A stretch of 64,000 nt of DNA from a bacterium (GTDB lineage: Bacteria > Electryoneota > JAOADG01): the NCBI GenBank assembly GCA_963681965.1, contig OY820579.1, forward strand, positions 4,096,001 to 4,160,000, written 5' to 3'. Shown in pieces: positions 39,106 to 48,719 of this stretch; the stretch's first letter is position 1; every line of letters begins with the position of its first letter. The translations under genes were made by a program, and so were the position numbers. Under the pieces are notes generated by a model. It did not search any database and was not told where the DNA came from. It was given only the letters and a program-made list of their open reading frames with translations.

Positions 39106-39714
39106 ATGAAAAAATCCGTAATCGTAGTTCTAGCAGTATTATTGGTTGCATCGCTGTCGATGGCTGGCGGCTGGTCTTATGGTATCAAAGCCGGCTTGAA
39201 TATGGCAAGCTTGAAATTAGATCCATCACCGTCAGGTGTGACTGTGAAGTCGCGTACAGGCGTGGGCATCGGTGGTGTTTTTAACTACAATATCGATAAC
39301 AAGATGGATATCCGCACCGATGTACTCTATTTGATGAAGGGTGCGAAAACGGAATGGACCGGTGGCAGTGGCGAAGTGAAGCTTGACTATCTTGCGATTC
39401 AACCGACGTTCTCCTATAAATTCGCCGAATGGAATTGCAAACTGAACACCAGCAAAATGGGCAGTGCATTCTTTGAAGTCGGACCGGAAATTGCCATGAA
39501 GATCAGCGCGAAAGACAAAGATGGCAACAAGATTGAAGACGTCAAAGGCACCGATTTCGGTTTGAACCTCGGTTTCGGTATCAATATGCCGTTGTCGAAG
39601 GGTACGCTGGTTCCGGAACTTCGTTATTCCATGGGCTTGGCGAAAGTACTCGATACCGGCGGACAGAGCTGGAAGACCAGCGGTATCGGCATCATGGTCG
39701 GTTACATGTTCTAA
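39106..39714 (+). CDS. Outer-membrane beta-barrel protein (OMP_b-brl_2/PorT-like)
   Basis: Signal peptide, YGIKAGLN, DFGLNLGFG, ELRYSMGL and terminal aromatic VGYMF. Confidence 0.85.
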   Translation: MKKSVIVVLAVLLVASLSMAGGWSYGIKAGLNMASLKLDPSPSGVTVKSRTGVGIGGVFNYNIDNKMDIRTDVLYLMKGAKTEWTGGSGEVKLDYLAIQPTFSYKFAEWNCKLNTSKMGSAFFEVGPEIAMKISAKDKDGNKIEDVKGTDFGLNLGFGINMPLSKGTLVPELRYSMGLAKVLDTGGQSWKTSGIGIMVGYMF

Positions 39715-39729
39715 GATTTTTTCAGATGT

Positions 39730-39767
39730 AAAAAAACGGGATCTTTTTCAAGATCCCGTTTTTTTTT
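39730..39767. terminator. Bidirectional Rho-independent terminator
   Basis: A-run + cgggatctt-tttc-aagatcccg + T-run between convergent genes. Confidence 0.88.
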
Positions 39768-39785
39768 ATCTCTTTCTTTCTACAT

Positions 39786-41762
39786 TCACTGTTGCCAGCT
39801 CTTCACAATCGGACCACTGAGATCGTGTAATCTTCGCTCAACTTCGGTTAGCGACATCCCCGGTTCAAGCGAACGAATCACCCGATCAGTGCTAAAGCCA
39901 TCGGAAATATAGGATCGCACTTGGTAGAGCAATGAAGTACTAAAACGAGCCGCACCCAGGTGCGTATACGACGTTGCCGCCGGACCGGTCGTGTATGCCA
40001 GAAACGCCCAGGAATCGGTCTGGAGGTTCTTGAAAAAGACCAGATAATTGGTAATCGTTACCGGTACGCCGTGAATCGAAGTATCGACACGCGCCCAGTT
40101 GAGTTGGATGTCGTTACTGACTCGCGTAATCGTCAAATTGCCCGGAGTCGCTGGAAAATACTTCGATGTCCCCGATACGGAGATTTTCAGGGTATCGACA
40201 TTGATGGCACTCGATACTAATCCGATCTGACCGGAATACTGCCCCGGTGTCGTCGGTGTAAAGTAAATCTTGACTGTAGCGGAATCGCCCCCATTGATAT
40301 TTGCAATATTCGGCGAAGTGAAAGGCAATCCGCTCGGAATTGTTACCCATTGACTATTCTGCAAAGGTCGATTCCCCTTCACCCGGATCAGTACCGACAA
40401 CGAATCGCGCAATGTCGGTTCGATGATCGTGTTATAGCTCAAGGTTGTTTGATTGGAATAGGCATAATAACCGATCCCCAATCCCGAGATCGGGATTGTC
40501 ATCGAGGTATACGGTGCTACAAACGAAATTCGCAGAGTATCGAGATAGCTCAGCGTACTATCCGGTCGGAACCTGACCCATATTCTTAGTGTATCGTTCG
40601 CAAATATCTGATATCCTGAATTGGTCGGGTAGTTCGTATACACCCCGGTGCTGGCACCAGTGATTGCTTGATACTGAAATGGAAGATTTCCCTGATTGTA
40701 GATCTTCACCAACACCGAATCAACTTGATGTGGACAAGTACCATTGAATGCGATTGGCGAGGGCGTACATCCGAGTGCGGGAATATCGCGAATCGTAAAA
40801 TTCGAATCGCTGATATCGTTGATTGTCGATGTCGTCACCGAGCTGATGCGAATTCTAGCAGCGGTAGTCGCTACTCCGGAAACGATCCACGGTTCACTGC
40901 CGTCGTTCGTAGTCGATGCGAACAGCGTCTCCCACGTGGTTCCCGGATAATTGCGATTCAATTCAATCATCACATTTCCGGAAAATCCGTTCGAAGCCCA
41001 GCGAATCGTATCGCTCAGCGTTAGATAGCAAATATTTCCGCCATTCGGTTTGACAACTGTGATCGATGCCGGATTGTAAGTATATAGCGATGTGATTTCG
41101 GCAGCGCTCAAGGTACGATTGTAGATTCGCACTTCATCCATCACACCCGCCCAGTGACGATCCAGCCAATAGTGCGATCCCAATACCAGATTTTGCGAGC
41201 CATCGTATAGCGCCGGTCCACTACAGGTATCGCTCGATACCAATGCACCATTCACATAGAACCGAACAACCGTATTGTTTTTCACTACCGTCAGATATTG
41301 CCAGACATTTGACTGAAGTTGCGCATAGATCAACGTCTGAGTATACGGATTGCTGTTGACATAAAACATCATATTGTTGTTTTCAATGCTATTCTGCTGA
41401 ATGACCCAGCCATTCGACCAAGAGTGATCGTTGTCGATAATATTGGCATATGCTGCCTGTTCCGCTGCCGGTTTCACCCACATACCAATTGAAAAATATT
41501 GTGCCGTCATCCATGAACCGAGTTCGATTTTGCTATCCAATCCATTAAACGAATAGGCACCGGATGGATTACCGAATCGGTCGGTGACCAGCGTACAATT
41601 CGAGGCTGTTCCATTGTGATGATTGGCGGCAGAATCGTTGGCATTGCCATTCATCGGATAATAGGCAACCAGCCCGCTAGTCGGTTGAGCAAAGAGCGGC
41701 CAGACTAGAAATAGCAACACTAGTATACCGATTGTGAAAATTTGAACGATTGGTTTTGACAT
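39786..41762 (-). CDS. Secreted multidomain protein: LamG-like jellyroll, Ig-like domains and an FN3-like C-terminal domain
   Basis: Signal peptide; GLVAYYPMNGNAND, DRFGNPSGAYSFNG and MDEVRIYNRTLS (LamG_3); ITVVKPNGG..NDGSEPW (Ig-like); two ASH-like Ig domains; C-terminus similar to 7021..7272. Confidence 0.85.
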   Translation of the reverse strand: MSKPIVQIFTIGILVLLFLVWPLFAQPTSGLVAYYPMNGNANDSAANHHNGTASNCTLVTDRFGNPSGAYSFNGLDSKIELGSWMTAQYFSIGMWVKPAAEQAAYANIIDNDHSWSNGWVIQQNSIENNNMMFYVNSNPYTQTLIYAQLQSNVWQYLTVVKNNTVVRFYVNGALVSSDTCSGPALYDGSQNLVLGSHYWLDRHWAGVMDEVRIYNRTLSAAEITSLYTYNPASITVVKPNGGNICYLTLSDTIRWASNGFSGNVMIELNRNYPGTTWETLFASTTNDGSEPWIVSGVATTAARIRISSVTTSTINDISDSNFTIRDIPALGCTPSPIAFNGTCPHQVDSVLVKIYNQGNLPFQYQAITGASTGVYTNYPTNSGYQIFANDTLRIWVRFRPDSTLSYLDTLRISFVAPYTSMTIPISGLGIGYYAYSNQTTLSYNTIIEPTLRDSLSVLIRVKGNRPLQNSQWVTIPSGLPFTSPNIANINGGDSATVKIYFTPTTPGQYSGQIGLVSSAINVDTLKISVSGTSKYFPATPGNLTITRVSNDIQLNWARVDTSIHGVPVTITNYLVFFKNLQTDSWAFLAYTTGPAATSYTHLGAARFSTSLLYQVRSYISDGFSTDRVIRSLEPGMSLTEVERRLHDLSGPIVKSWQQ

Positions 41763-41884
41763 GATATCCCTCATTGTGAATTGGCGAGTCATTCGAACAA
41801 CAACAAAATGGAAACATGTACAACAGGATCGGGAATTCAGAACTAGCGAGCACTTCGATTAAGTCGATATTGAAATTTTTGAGG

Positions 41885-42020
41885 CTCTTGATAATATGTT
41901 GCTATCCGCAGTAGGGTCGGATCCCCGCATTCAACCGCCAATATTCGCGGGTACAGACACCCTTTTCGGTACATGTCCGTCGTAAGGCGAACACCGAACA
42001 TGACAACTTCTTTTCAAGAG
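41885..42020. repeat. Degenerate, longer variant of the nested-palindrome element
   Basis: Outer IR ctcttgataatatgttg...catgacaacttcttttcaagag; degenerate GTAG REP at 41911; different central segment. Confidence 0.7.
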
Positions 42021-42222
42021 ATTTAAGTATCAAAGGAATATTACATTGGAATTGGTTTAAGATAAGTTTACGGAACAGAAGTTTCAATCAAATATCGGAT
42101 AATTGGGATATTTTTGATGTCACTTGATCGGGATTTTACATCACTTAGGGATCGATTTCGGTGCTGTGTTCAGTAAAAACAATGAGTACCGTTAGCCGGG
42201 ATCGGTCGGTAGCGATTGGGAG

Positions 42223-45144
42223 TTATTCGCTGCGGTTTTGCTGCTGATATTTATAGTCTTTATTGTCCTCTTTGTAATAACCGGGGTAGAGTTTTTTCAT
42301 ACACTCGGGACAAATGCTATGAGAAAATTGCGCATCCGACCGCTCGGTGATATAGTGTTCGACTTGCAACCAATATCCTTTGTCGTCGCGAACGTGCTTG
42401 CAATTCGCGCAGATCGGAATTAGACCACTCAATACTTTGACATTTTCCAAAGCATCGGATAACTCTTTCGTGCGCGTCGCCACCCGCTCTTCCAACTTCG
42501 CATTGGCGCGTTTGACGGCTAGCAATCGAACAGTATAGATCAATACAATCACACCAATCACTATGACCGCTACCATCAATTTGAAGAGCATCGTTTCGTG
42601 ATAATATGCCGGCACGTTGATCGTGATGGTTTTCTTGAGATCCTGCTTCTTACCAAAAATATTGGTAGCTTTCAATTGAAAGGTATAGGTTCCCGGTGGA
42701 ATCTGATGGATGTTGACTTCATTCACCTTGGTCAGAAGCGAAAAACTGTCGCTCAATCCATCCAATTTCCACGAATAGCGATTGTTATGCTCGCTTACGA
42801 AATCCAACGATGCATAACGGATCTTAAGCGACCGTTGACCCCGCGGCAAATCGATCGAGGAGTGAATCGGATGCGAAGTATTGTTCGACCAAATCCCCGT
42901 TACCGCTACCGGTTTAGTATTGGTTCCAGAATTCCACAGTGTATTTAAATCGATAATGACGATATTGTTCGATTGGAGTAGTAAATAGCGATCGGGATCG
43001 ATTTCAATGATCCGTTTTACATTGTCTTCATCGAGACCGAATTGTCGATCGATCATATAATTCGACGTGGAATTGGCAAACAGTAACCCTTCCGATGTAG
43101 CATACAAGCGGTTTCCGTGCCGATCGAAAAATAGATCCTGATAACTGCATTTCTGATCCGATAACTCTTCCGGTCGCGAGATTCCGGAGCGATCGATTTT
43201 AACCACCCCTTCGCTTGCCAGAAAATAGAGATTACCCGATCCATCGGCGACGCACCGACTGATCGCACCGACATTGCCAACTTTCTTTAAGTCGCAATCG
43301 GTCAGTGAATCACCTTCCAATCGCATGAGCGATCCGGTGAAGGTGCCAAGATAGTAGCGCGAATCGAATGCATACCCGCCACACATCGCGATGTTGTCGC
43401 GCAACCGGTTCGCTATCGGCAGGTAGAGCAAAGTGTGATCGAAATCCCGCATATCCCATTGCACAAAATCTGCCGTACCGTAGCGATATAAATTATGATC
43501 TACCAAGCGGTAGCTGTGATTCCAATTGCCGAAAAAAGTTGTATTGTCGGGACCGGTGTAGGCGAAGTTGCAATACAACATCGCTTTTTCCCAATCCTTA
43601 TTGTAGATCAGTTTATCGCCCGTCCATTGGCAAATAAACCAACCGCAGTTAATCCACAACTTACCACTGCGATCCAATGAGAATACCGCTTTCTCACCGC
43701 CGGTATAAATATGACTCGCGAGTATTTTTACATTATTGTCGTGAATCAGGAACAGCGAAGAATCGGATAGCAGTACGATATCCTGATTTTTATCCAGCGC
43801 CAGACCTCGAATAATTTCTTCGCTGTTCAGTCGGATCGGTAGATCTGTCAGTTTCCCGCGGGAATAGCGGACCAATTTATTTTCGCAGGCGATATAGACG
43901 TCGCCATTGCGGTGTTTCACCGCTTCGACGGTTTCCTTAATAGCAGGAATTGTTTGCCGATTGTATTTCCTGATGCTGCTCGTGACCAGTTTTTGCAGAA
44001 TGCCTTCTTTGGTAGTAATCCAATAGATTCCCTGATCGTCGCGAAGACAATTGATTACGTCGTCGGAAACTAAACCGGTTGCTGCCGAGAACCGCAGCGT
44101 ATCGTTCGTGCGCAGAATCGTCAGACCATCGTTGTTGCCGACAACCTGCTCGGTTCCGAATAATTGAAAAAATGTCGTGGGTTTATCGAATGGGTCGACC
44201 GGTTTACATTTATGTAGCTCGTCGCCGATGATTTGGTAAACACCGTCGCGAGCATGGACCCATACATTTCCTTGATTATCGCGCAGGATTTTGTTAATGA
44301 ACCACCCCTTGGAATAAGCAGGTGCGATCCAAAATTTACTATTGGCAAGAAAGAAACTCTTACTGCGATCATTCGAATTAAATGTAAAACAGGTCGAATC
44401 GATCGTTTGTGCCGAATGATATACAAAACCGAGATGTATTCCGGGATATTTTTTTTGAAATTCCGCTTCCGGTAATCCTTCAAAATCTTTTAATAACGCT
44501 TTATCTTTCAGCTCCCACAGCGCCAGCAGCGTACTCAGTTTTACCCGATAAATTCCATCCATTTCGGATGCCAGCCAAAACGTCTCGGAAGTAGGATCGT
44601 AGGTAAAGTCGACCAGATAATTCGTCTGAAGATAAGTAGTATTGAAATTCCGCCAGATCCAAGCATAGAAGCCTTCGCCACGCTTCATGATCAGACCGGC
44701 AGATGTCGCGTAAAACGACATCCCCTTGATAAATTGCACATTCTTCACAACCAGATTGTGCAATGTCGGATCAACAGTGATTTTTCCAGTCTCCGGATCG
44801 TACACTGAAATCCCACTCCAGCTACAAATCCAGAGCTTACCATCAGGGGCTTCCACTATTTTGTAAGTATGGTTGTTCGAGAGCCCATCGCTCACGGAGA
44901 ATCGTTGGAATTCGTAACCGTCGTAACGCACAATTCCGCGCGATCCGGCAAACCAAAGGAAACCCCGGCTGTCTTGCATACTACCATTCACTTCGCCAAT
45001 ATCCGGGAAGTGGACATCGTCGTAAGTGTAGAACGCGTATTGTTGGGCTTGTGAACAGTGGGGAGAGAACAAAACCGCCAGACTGAGAATCAGTATGGAG
45101 AGCAGAGGAATTCGATTAATTACCGATCTCAAGTAATCGTTCAT
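42223..45144 (-). CDS. Periplasmic beta-propeller/Y_Y_Y sensor with a C-terminal Cys-rich domain and no histidine kinase
   Basis: QDSRGFLWF, YDGYEF, DGLSNN (Reg_prop repeats); YSWKLDG..PGTYTFQLKA (Y_Y_Y); TM; LEERVATRTKEL; LIPICANCK..RDDKGYW...FSHSICPEC. Confidence 0.88.
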   Translation of the reverse strand: MNDYLRSVINRIPLLSILILSLAVLFSPHCSQAQQYAFYTYDDVHFPDIGEVNGSMQDSRGFLWFAGSRGIVRYDGYEFQRFSVSDGLSNNHTYKIVEAPDGKLWICSWSGISVYDPETGKITVDPTLHNLVVKNVQFIKGMSFYATSAGLIMKRGEGFYAWIWRNFNTTYLQTNYLVDFTYDPTSETFWLASEMDGIYRVKLSTLLALWELKDKALLKDFEGLPEAEFQKKYPGIHLGFVYHSAQTIDSTCFTFNSNDRSKSFFLANSKFWIAPAYSKGWFINKILRDNQGNVWVHARDGVYQIIGDELHKCKPVDPFDKPTTFFQLFGTEQVVGNNDGLTILRTNDTLRFSAATGLVSDDVINCLRDDQGIYWITTKEGILQKLVTSSIRKYNRQTIPAIKETVEAVKHRNGDVYIACENKLVRYSRGKLTDLPIRLNSEEIIRGLALDKNQDIVLLSDSSLFLIHDNNVKILASHIYTGGEKAVFSLDRSGKLWINCGWFICQWTGDKLIYNKDWEKAMLYCNFAYTGPDNTTFFGNWNHSYRLVDHNLYRYGTADFVQWDMRDFDHTLLYLPIANRLRDNIAMCGGYAFDSRYYLGTFTGSLMRLEGDSLTDCDLKKVGNVGAISRCVADGSGNLYFLASEGVVKIDRSGISRPEELSDQKCSYQDLFFDRHGNRLYATSEGLLFANSTSNYMIDRQFGLDEDNVKRIIEIDPDRYLLLQSNNIVIIDLNTLWNSGTNTKPVAVTGIWSNNTSHPIHSSIDLPRGQRSLKIRYASLDFVSEHNNRYSWKLDGLSDSFSLLTKVNEVNIHQIPPGTYTFQLKATNIFGKKQDLKKTITINVPAYYHETMLFKLMVAVIVIGVIVLIYTVRLLAVKRANAKLEERVATRTKELSDALENVKVLSGLIPICANCKHVRDDKGYWLQVEHYITERSDAQFSHSICPECMKKLYPGYYKEDNKDYKYQQQNRSE

Positions 45145-45541
45145 CACTATTCGAAAGTTAGTTGTACCGAGCTGGCACTGTTCTTTTATATCGGCACTTT
45201 CCTGTAAATCATTATCAACTAAGTTGAGACGTATTGGTCTTGGCTGAAACCCCAAACATGACTGAGAAAACACTCTTTCAGTCTAATTATCAATATCGTA
45301 TCGTTGATTTCGGCAAGCAAATCGGAATTATGTCTATTACCAACTTCAGTACTATCGAAATCCGAACCTGTAACACGGTTATAATCTCGATTCTGGGCTA
45401 TTCGCCGAATCTCAGCATAACCCTATTCTAGCGAAAAAATCACAATTTATCTCATTTCCTATTGATTATCCCCCCACTCCGGTGTATCCTGTATGTTACA
45501 TTCAATTTTCAGTGCAATTTAAAAAAAATTAAGGAGAATCC

Positions 45542-46288
45542 ATGGCGATAGATCTGGAAAAAATCCTACGACCAGTCGATACGCCCCTGCCACCTTTTCC
45601 GGCGAAATACATGACGCTTGCCGGTGGCGAGCAATTAGTAATCCGTCAAGTCTCCCGCGATGAAATTCCCGAGATTCTACCCCATGTCGAACCGCTGATC
45701 CATGTCGAGCGCGACTATTACGACATCGTTGCAGCACGGGTCTATGCCGAACTGCTGAGTTACTACACCTACCGGGTGCAGGATGAGTACGTTTTGGCGG
45801 CGCAGATCGATGGCGAGTTGGTCGCAGTGGTCAACGGTCGGATCGTGAACAAAGATGTCGGCATGTCCTTCCATACCCTTGCACTCCGGCGCGGTTTGCG
45901 CGTAGGCGCTCACGCCTTTGCGGCGAAGATGGAATATCACATCGATGTGCTTGGGCAAAAGGAAGTACTGATTGTTGCCGAATCGCCGATCGGTTTCCGG
46001 CGCTGGATGATCGAATATAAGTTGGAAAAACGCTTTGAAATTCCTCACGAATTGGGCGGTTGTCCATCGTGGGCACTCACCAAAGAGCTGTTCGATAAAG
46101 CGCGCGACAGTTTGATTGTCGGTCGTCGACCGGTCCCGGAAGCGTTGCTGGTGAAAGCGCATGCCGCCATCCTGCCGCCGACCGATCCACCGCGACCTCC
46201 GGTCGACCTGCTCGCCGCAACGCGCTCACTCTACGATTCCACCGGAACTGCGCTGCTCGAGCAGCGAAAACATCTGGGAGGAAACTAA
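45542..46288 (+). CDS. Hypothetical protein, possibly GNAT fold; first gene of the catabolic cluster
   Basis: Strong aggag RBS; 1 bp gap to the thiolase start; LVIRQV...VLAAQIDGELVAV...RRGLRVG resembles GNAT strand order and motif A. Confidence 0.6.
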   Translation: MAIDLEKILRPVDTPLPPFPAKYMTLAGGEQLVIRQVSRDEIPEILPHVEPLIHVERDYYDIVAARVYAELLSYYTYRVQDEYVLAAQIDGELVAVVNGRIVNKDVGMSFHTLALRRGLRVGAHAFAAKMEYHIDVLGQKEVLIVAESPIGFRRWMIEYKLEKRFEIPHELGGCPSWALTKELFDKARDSLIVGRRPVPEALLVKAHAAILPPTDPPRPPVDLLAATRSLYDSTGTALLEQRKHLGGN

Positions 46289-46289
46289 T

Positions 46290-47465
46290 ATGCGCGATGT
46301 CTATGTAGCGGGAATCGGCATTACCAGTTTCACCCGGCTCGAGTATCCGTTGGTGGAAATTGCCGCCTATCCCGGATTGATGGCGATGAAAGAGAGCGGT
46401 ATCAAATCGATCGACCAACTCTATGTCGCCAACATGGGTGCTGCCCGGGTCAATCACCAGACCAGTCTTGCCAGTGCCGTCGTCGACAATCTGAGTTTGA
46501 CACCCGCCGGTGCAGTATCGGTTGAAAATGGTCCGGCATCCGGCGCTTCGGCAATCATGCAGGGTTTTCTCGCCGTCGCTTCGGGTGTGTACGATACCGT
46601 TATGGTCATCGGCGCCGAACGGATGCGCGAAGTGAACAATCTGGAAGCCACCGACTTCGTCGCGACACTCACTCACCCGATGGCGGAATACATCTACGGA
46701 ATCACACTCCCGTCGCTGGCGGGCATGTTCGCCCGGTTGTATATGGAAAAATACGGCGTTACCTCGCGACATCTCGCGATGGTCGCAGTAAAGAATCACA
46801 AACATGCGATGGACAATTTCTTTGCGCATCTGCACGAAGAGATAACGCTCGAAGGGATCCTCGATTCCCCAGACGCATCGACCAACAACCCGATCGTAGC
46901 CGACCCGTTGCGGTATTACGATATGTGCCCGGTATCCGATGGCGGTGCGTGCTTGATCTTGACTTCTGCCGATATCGCAAAGAAGACCGGCAAACCGATT
47001 GTGCGCCTCGCGGGTATCGGTCAGGCTACCGACACTCATGCCGTACACGACCGGAAGGATCCGACCGATCTGTTGGCGGTGCGGTTGGCAGCGCAAAAAT
47101 CGTTTGCAATGGCACAATTGACGCCGAAAGATGTCCATGTCGCCGAACTCCACGACGCATTCACGATTCTGGAAATTGCCGAAAGTGAAGAAGTCGGTTT
47201 CTTCGAACGCGGTCAGGGTCATATTGCGTTGCAGGAAGGATACACCAAAATCGGTGGTAAACTACCGATCAATCCATCCGGCGGTCTGAAGGCGAAGGGT
47301 CACCCGGTCGGCGCAACCGGCGTCGGACAGGCACACGAGATCGTGTTGCAGTTACGCGGCGAAGCCGCAAAACGGCAAGTGAAAGGGGCGAAAGTCGGTT
47401 TCACCTGCAATTTCGGCGGGTTCGGCAATAACGTCGTCTGTTTGACTTTTGTGCGGGAGGAGTGA
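46290..47465 (+). CDS. Thiolase-fold protein (SCP2/archaeal type) lacking the nucleophilic Cys
   Basis: VAVKNH, PVSDGGA, ELHDAF and INPSGGL.AKGHPVGATG; reads ENGPASG where ENACASG is expected. Start at MRDVYVAG after ggagg. Confidence 0.9.
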   Translation: MRDVYVAGIGITSFTRLEYPLVEIAAYPGLMAMKESGIKSIDQLYVANMGAARVNHQTSLASAVVDNLSLTPAGAVSVENGPASGASAIMQGFLAVASGVYDTVMVIGAERMREVNNLEATDFVATLTHPMAEYIYGITLPSLAGMFARLYMEKYGVTSRHLAMVAVKNHKHAMDNFFAHLHEEITLEGILDSPDASTNNPIVADPLRYYDMCPVSDGGACLILTSADIAKKTGKPIVRLAGIGQATDTHAVHDRKDPTDLLAVRLAAQKSFAMAQLTPKDVHVAELHDAFTILEIAESEEVGFFERGQGHIALQEGYTKIGGKLPINPSGGLKAKGHPVGATGVGQAHEIVLQLRGEAAKRQVKGAKVGFTCNFGGFGNNVVCLTFVREE

Positions 47466-47815
47466 TCGTGGAAATGAATATTTATGCCTACAAGTGCAAG
47501 CGCTGCGGTCACGTGCAATACCCTTACCGTACGATCTGCCGCAATTGTCACGAAAACGACCACAACGAATTCGATATCGTACCGTTGCCGAAGTCCGGGA
47601 AGTTGGTGACCTACACGCATCTATACAATCCCCCTTCGGACTATGCGATTGTCTGCCTGACACTGGGCATCGTCGAACTCGAAGATGGCAACAAAATCAC
47701 TGGACAACTCAACATCAAAAATCCGCGAACCGGAATGCCGGTGACCGGAAAAGTGGAAGTGGTCCGCAAAGACGAATACAACAAATATTACGGGATGGTT
47801 TTCTACGAAGCCTGA
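47462..47815 (+). CDS. DUF35 Zn-ribbon/OB-fold protein
   Basis: KCKRCG..YPYRTICRNC, GKLVTYT and GIVELEDG..ITGQL; overlaps the thiolase stop codon. Confidence 0.92.
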   Translation: MIVEMNIYAYKCKRCGHVQYPYRTICRNCHENDHNEFDIVPLPKSGKLVTYTHLYNPPSDYAIVCLTLGIVELEDGNKITGQLNIKNPRTGMPVTGKVEVVRKDEYNKYYGMVFYEA

Positions 47816-47879
47816 TCCCGACATACCGGATCAAGTAGCAATTCGCTCCCCGTTATCGAATGCGACCGACGGGGAGCAG

Positions 47880-48719
47880 TTGCCACAATTGCGAAGCTAC
47901 GGCGACGCGATTCGACGCGGTCACTTTCGCGTACACAGCCGGTTTGAGCATGTCGTCAATTTTCTCGATGGTGAGAATCTGGTATCGATTGTCGATCACT
48001 CTGTCGGTGCAGGTCCGACATCGATCATTCTCGATCGATTTACTCCAACCGAATGGTCTGCGCTGGCGATTTACTCCAATCGAATGCTACTCGATCGAAT
48101 GCGAATCGATCTCAACCCGGCGAATCAATATCAATCGCGAATCGCTTTTCCTCAGACGATCGAACAAATTCTGGTGATCGACAATATCGCTTCCCTGCAT
48201 GAACTTGTCGTGAGGCAAGCAACACCGGATAATTTGGCATTCCTGCTTTCCGACGATGAGGATATCGGAACCGATTTATCCTTCAAGGCGCAACTAAGAA
48301 CTCGGTTTTTTACCGCCAAAGCTCAGTTGGCAGCCGGGCAAATCGAAGCGGGCATCTCGCTCATCAAGGGCGTTGGTGTCGGATTGACACCGAGTGGCGA
48401 CGACTTTATCGCCGGAGCGATGGTCGCATTGCATTTACGGCAGCACTTATTTCCGATATCATTAACACAATTGATCGATCAAATTTATCAACGGTCGCAT
48501 TCGACCAATCCGATTGTAGCCACCATGCTGCGACAGGCACACGACGGTCGCGTGAATGAAAAATGGCAGCGTCTGATTACGGCGTTGACCGGTAATGAAC
48601 TGGATCGAATCAAACCACTCGCGCTAGACGTGCTTGCGACCGGCGCTACGTCCGGCGTCGATATGATGGTAGGTTTTCTCTTTGGCTTGACCAATTTCCG
48701 GTGTACACATGACAACTAA
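47880..48719 (+). CDS. DUF2877 (YlbF/AllH/YahE-like) protein
   Basis: VHSRFEHVVN, GVGVGLTPSGDDFIAG, TNPI and GATSGVDM..G. Confidence 0.85.
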   Translation: MPQLRSYGDAIRRGHFRVHSRFEHVVNFLDGENLVSIVDHSVGAGPTSIILDRFTPTEWSALAIYSNRMLLDRMRIDLNPANQYQSRIAFPQTIEQILVIDNIASLHELVVRQATPDNLAFLLSDDEDIGTDLSFKAQLRTRFFTAKAQLAAGQIEAGISLIKGVGVGLTPSGDDFIAGAMVALHLRQHLFPISLTQLIDQIYQRSHSTNPIVATMLRQAHDGRVNEKWQRLITALTGNELDRIKPLALDVLATGATSGVDMMVGFLFGLTNFRCTHDN

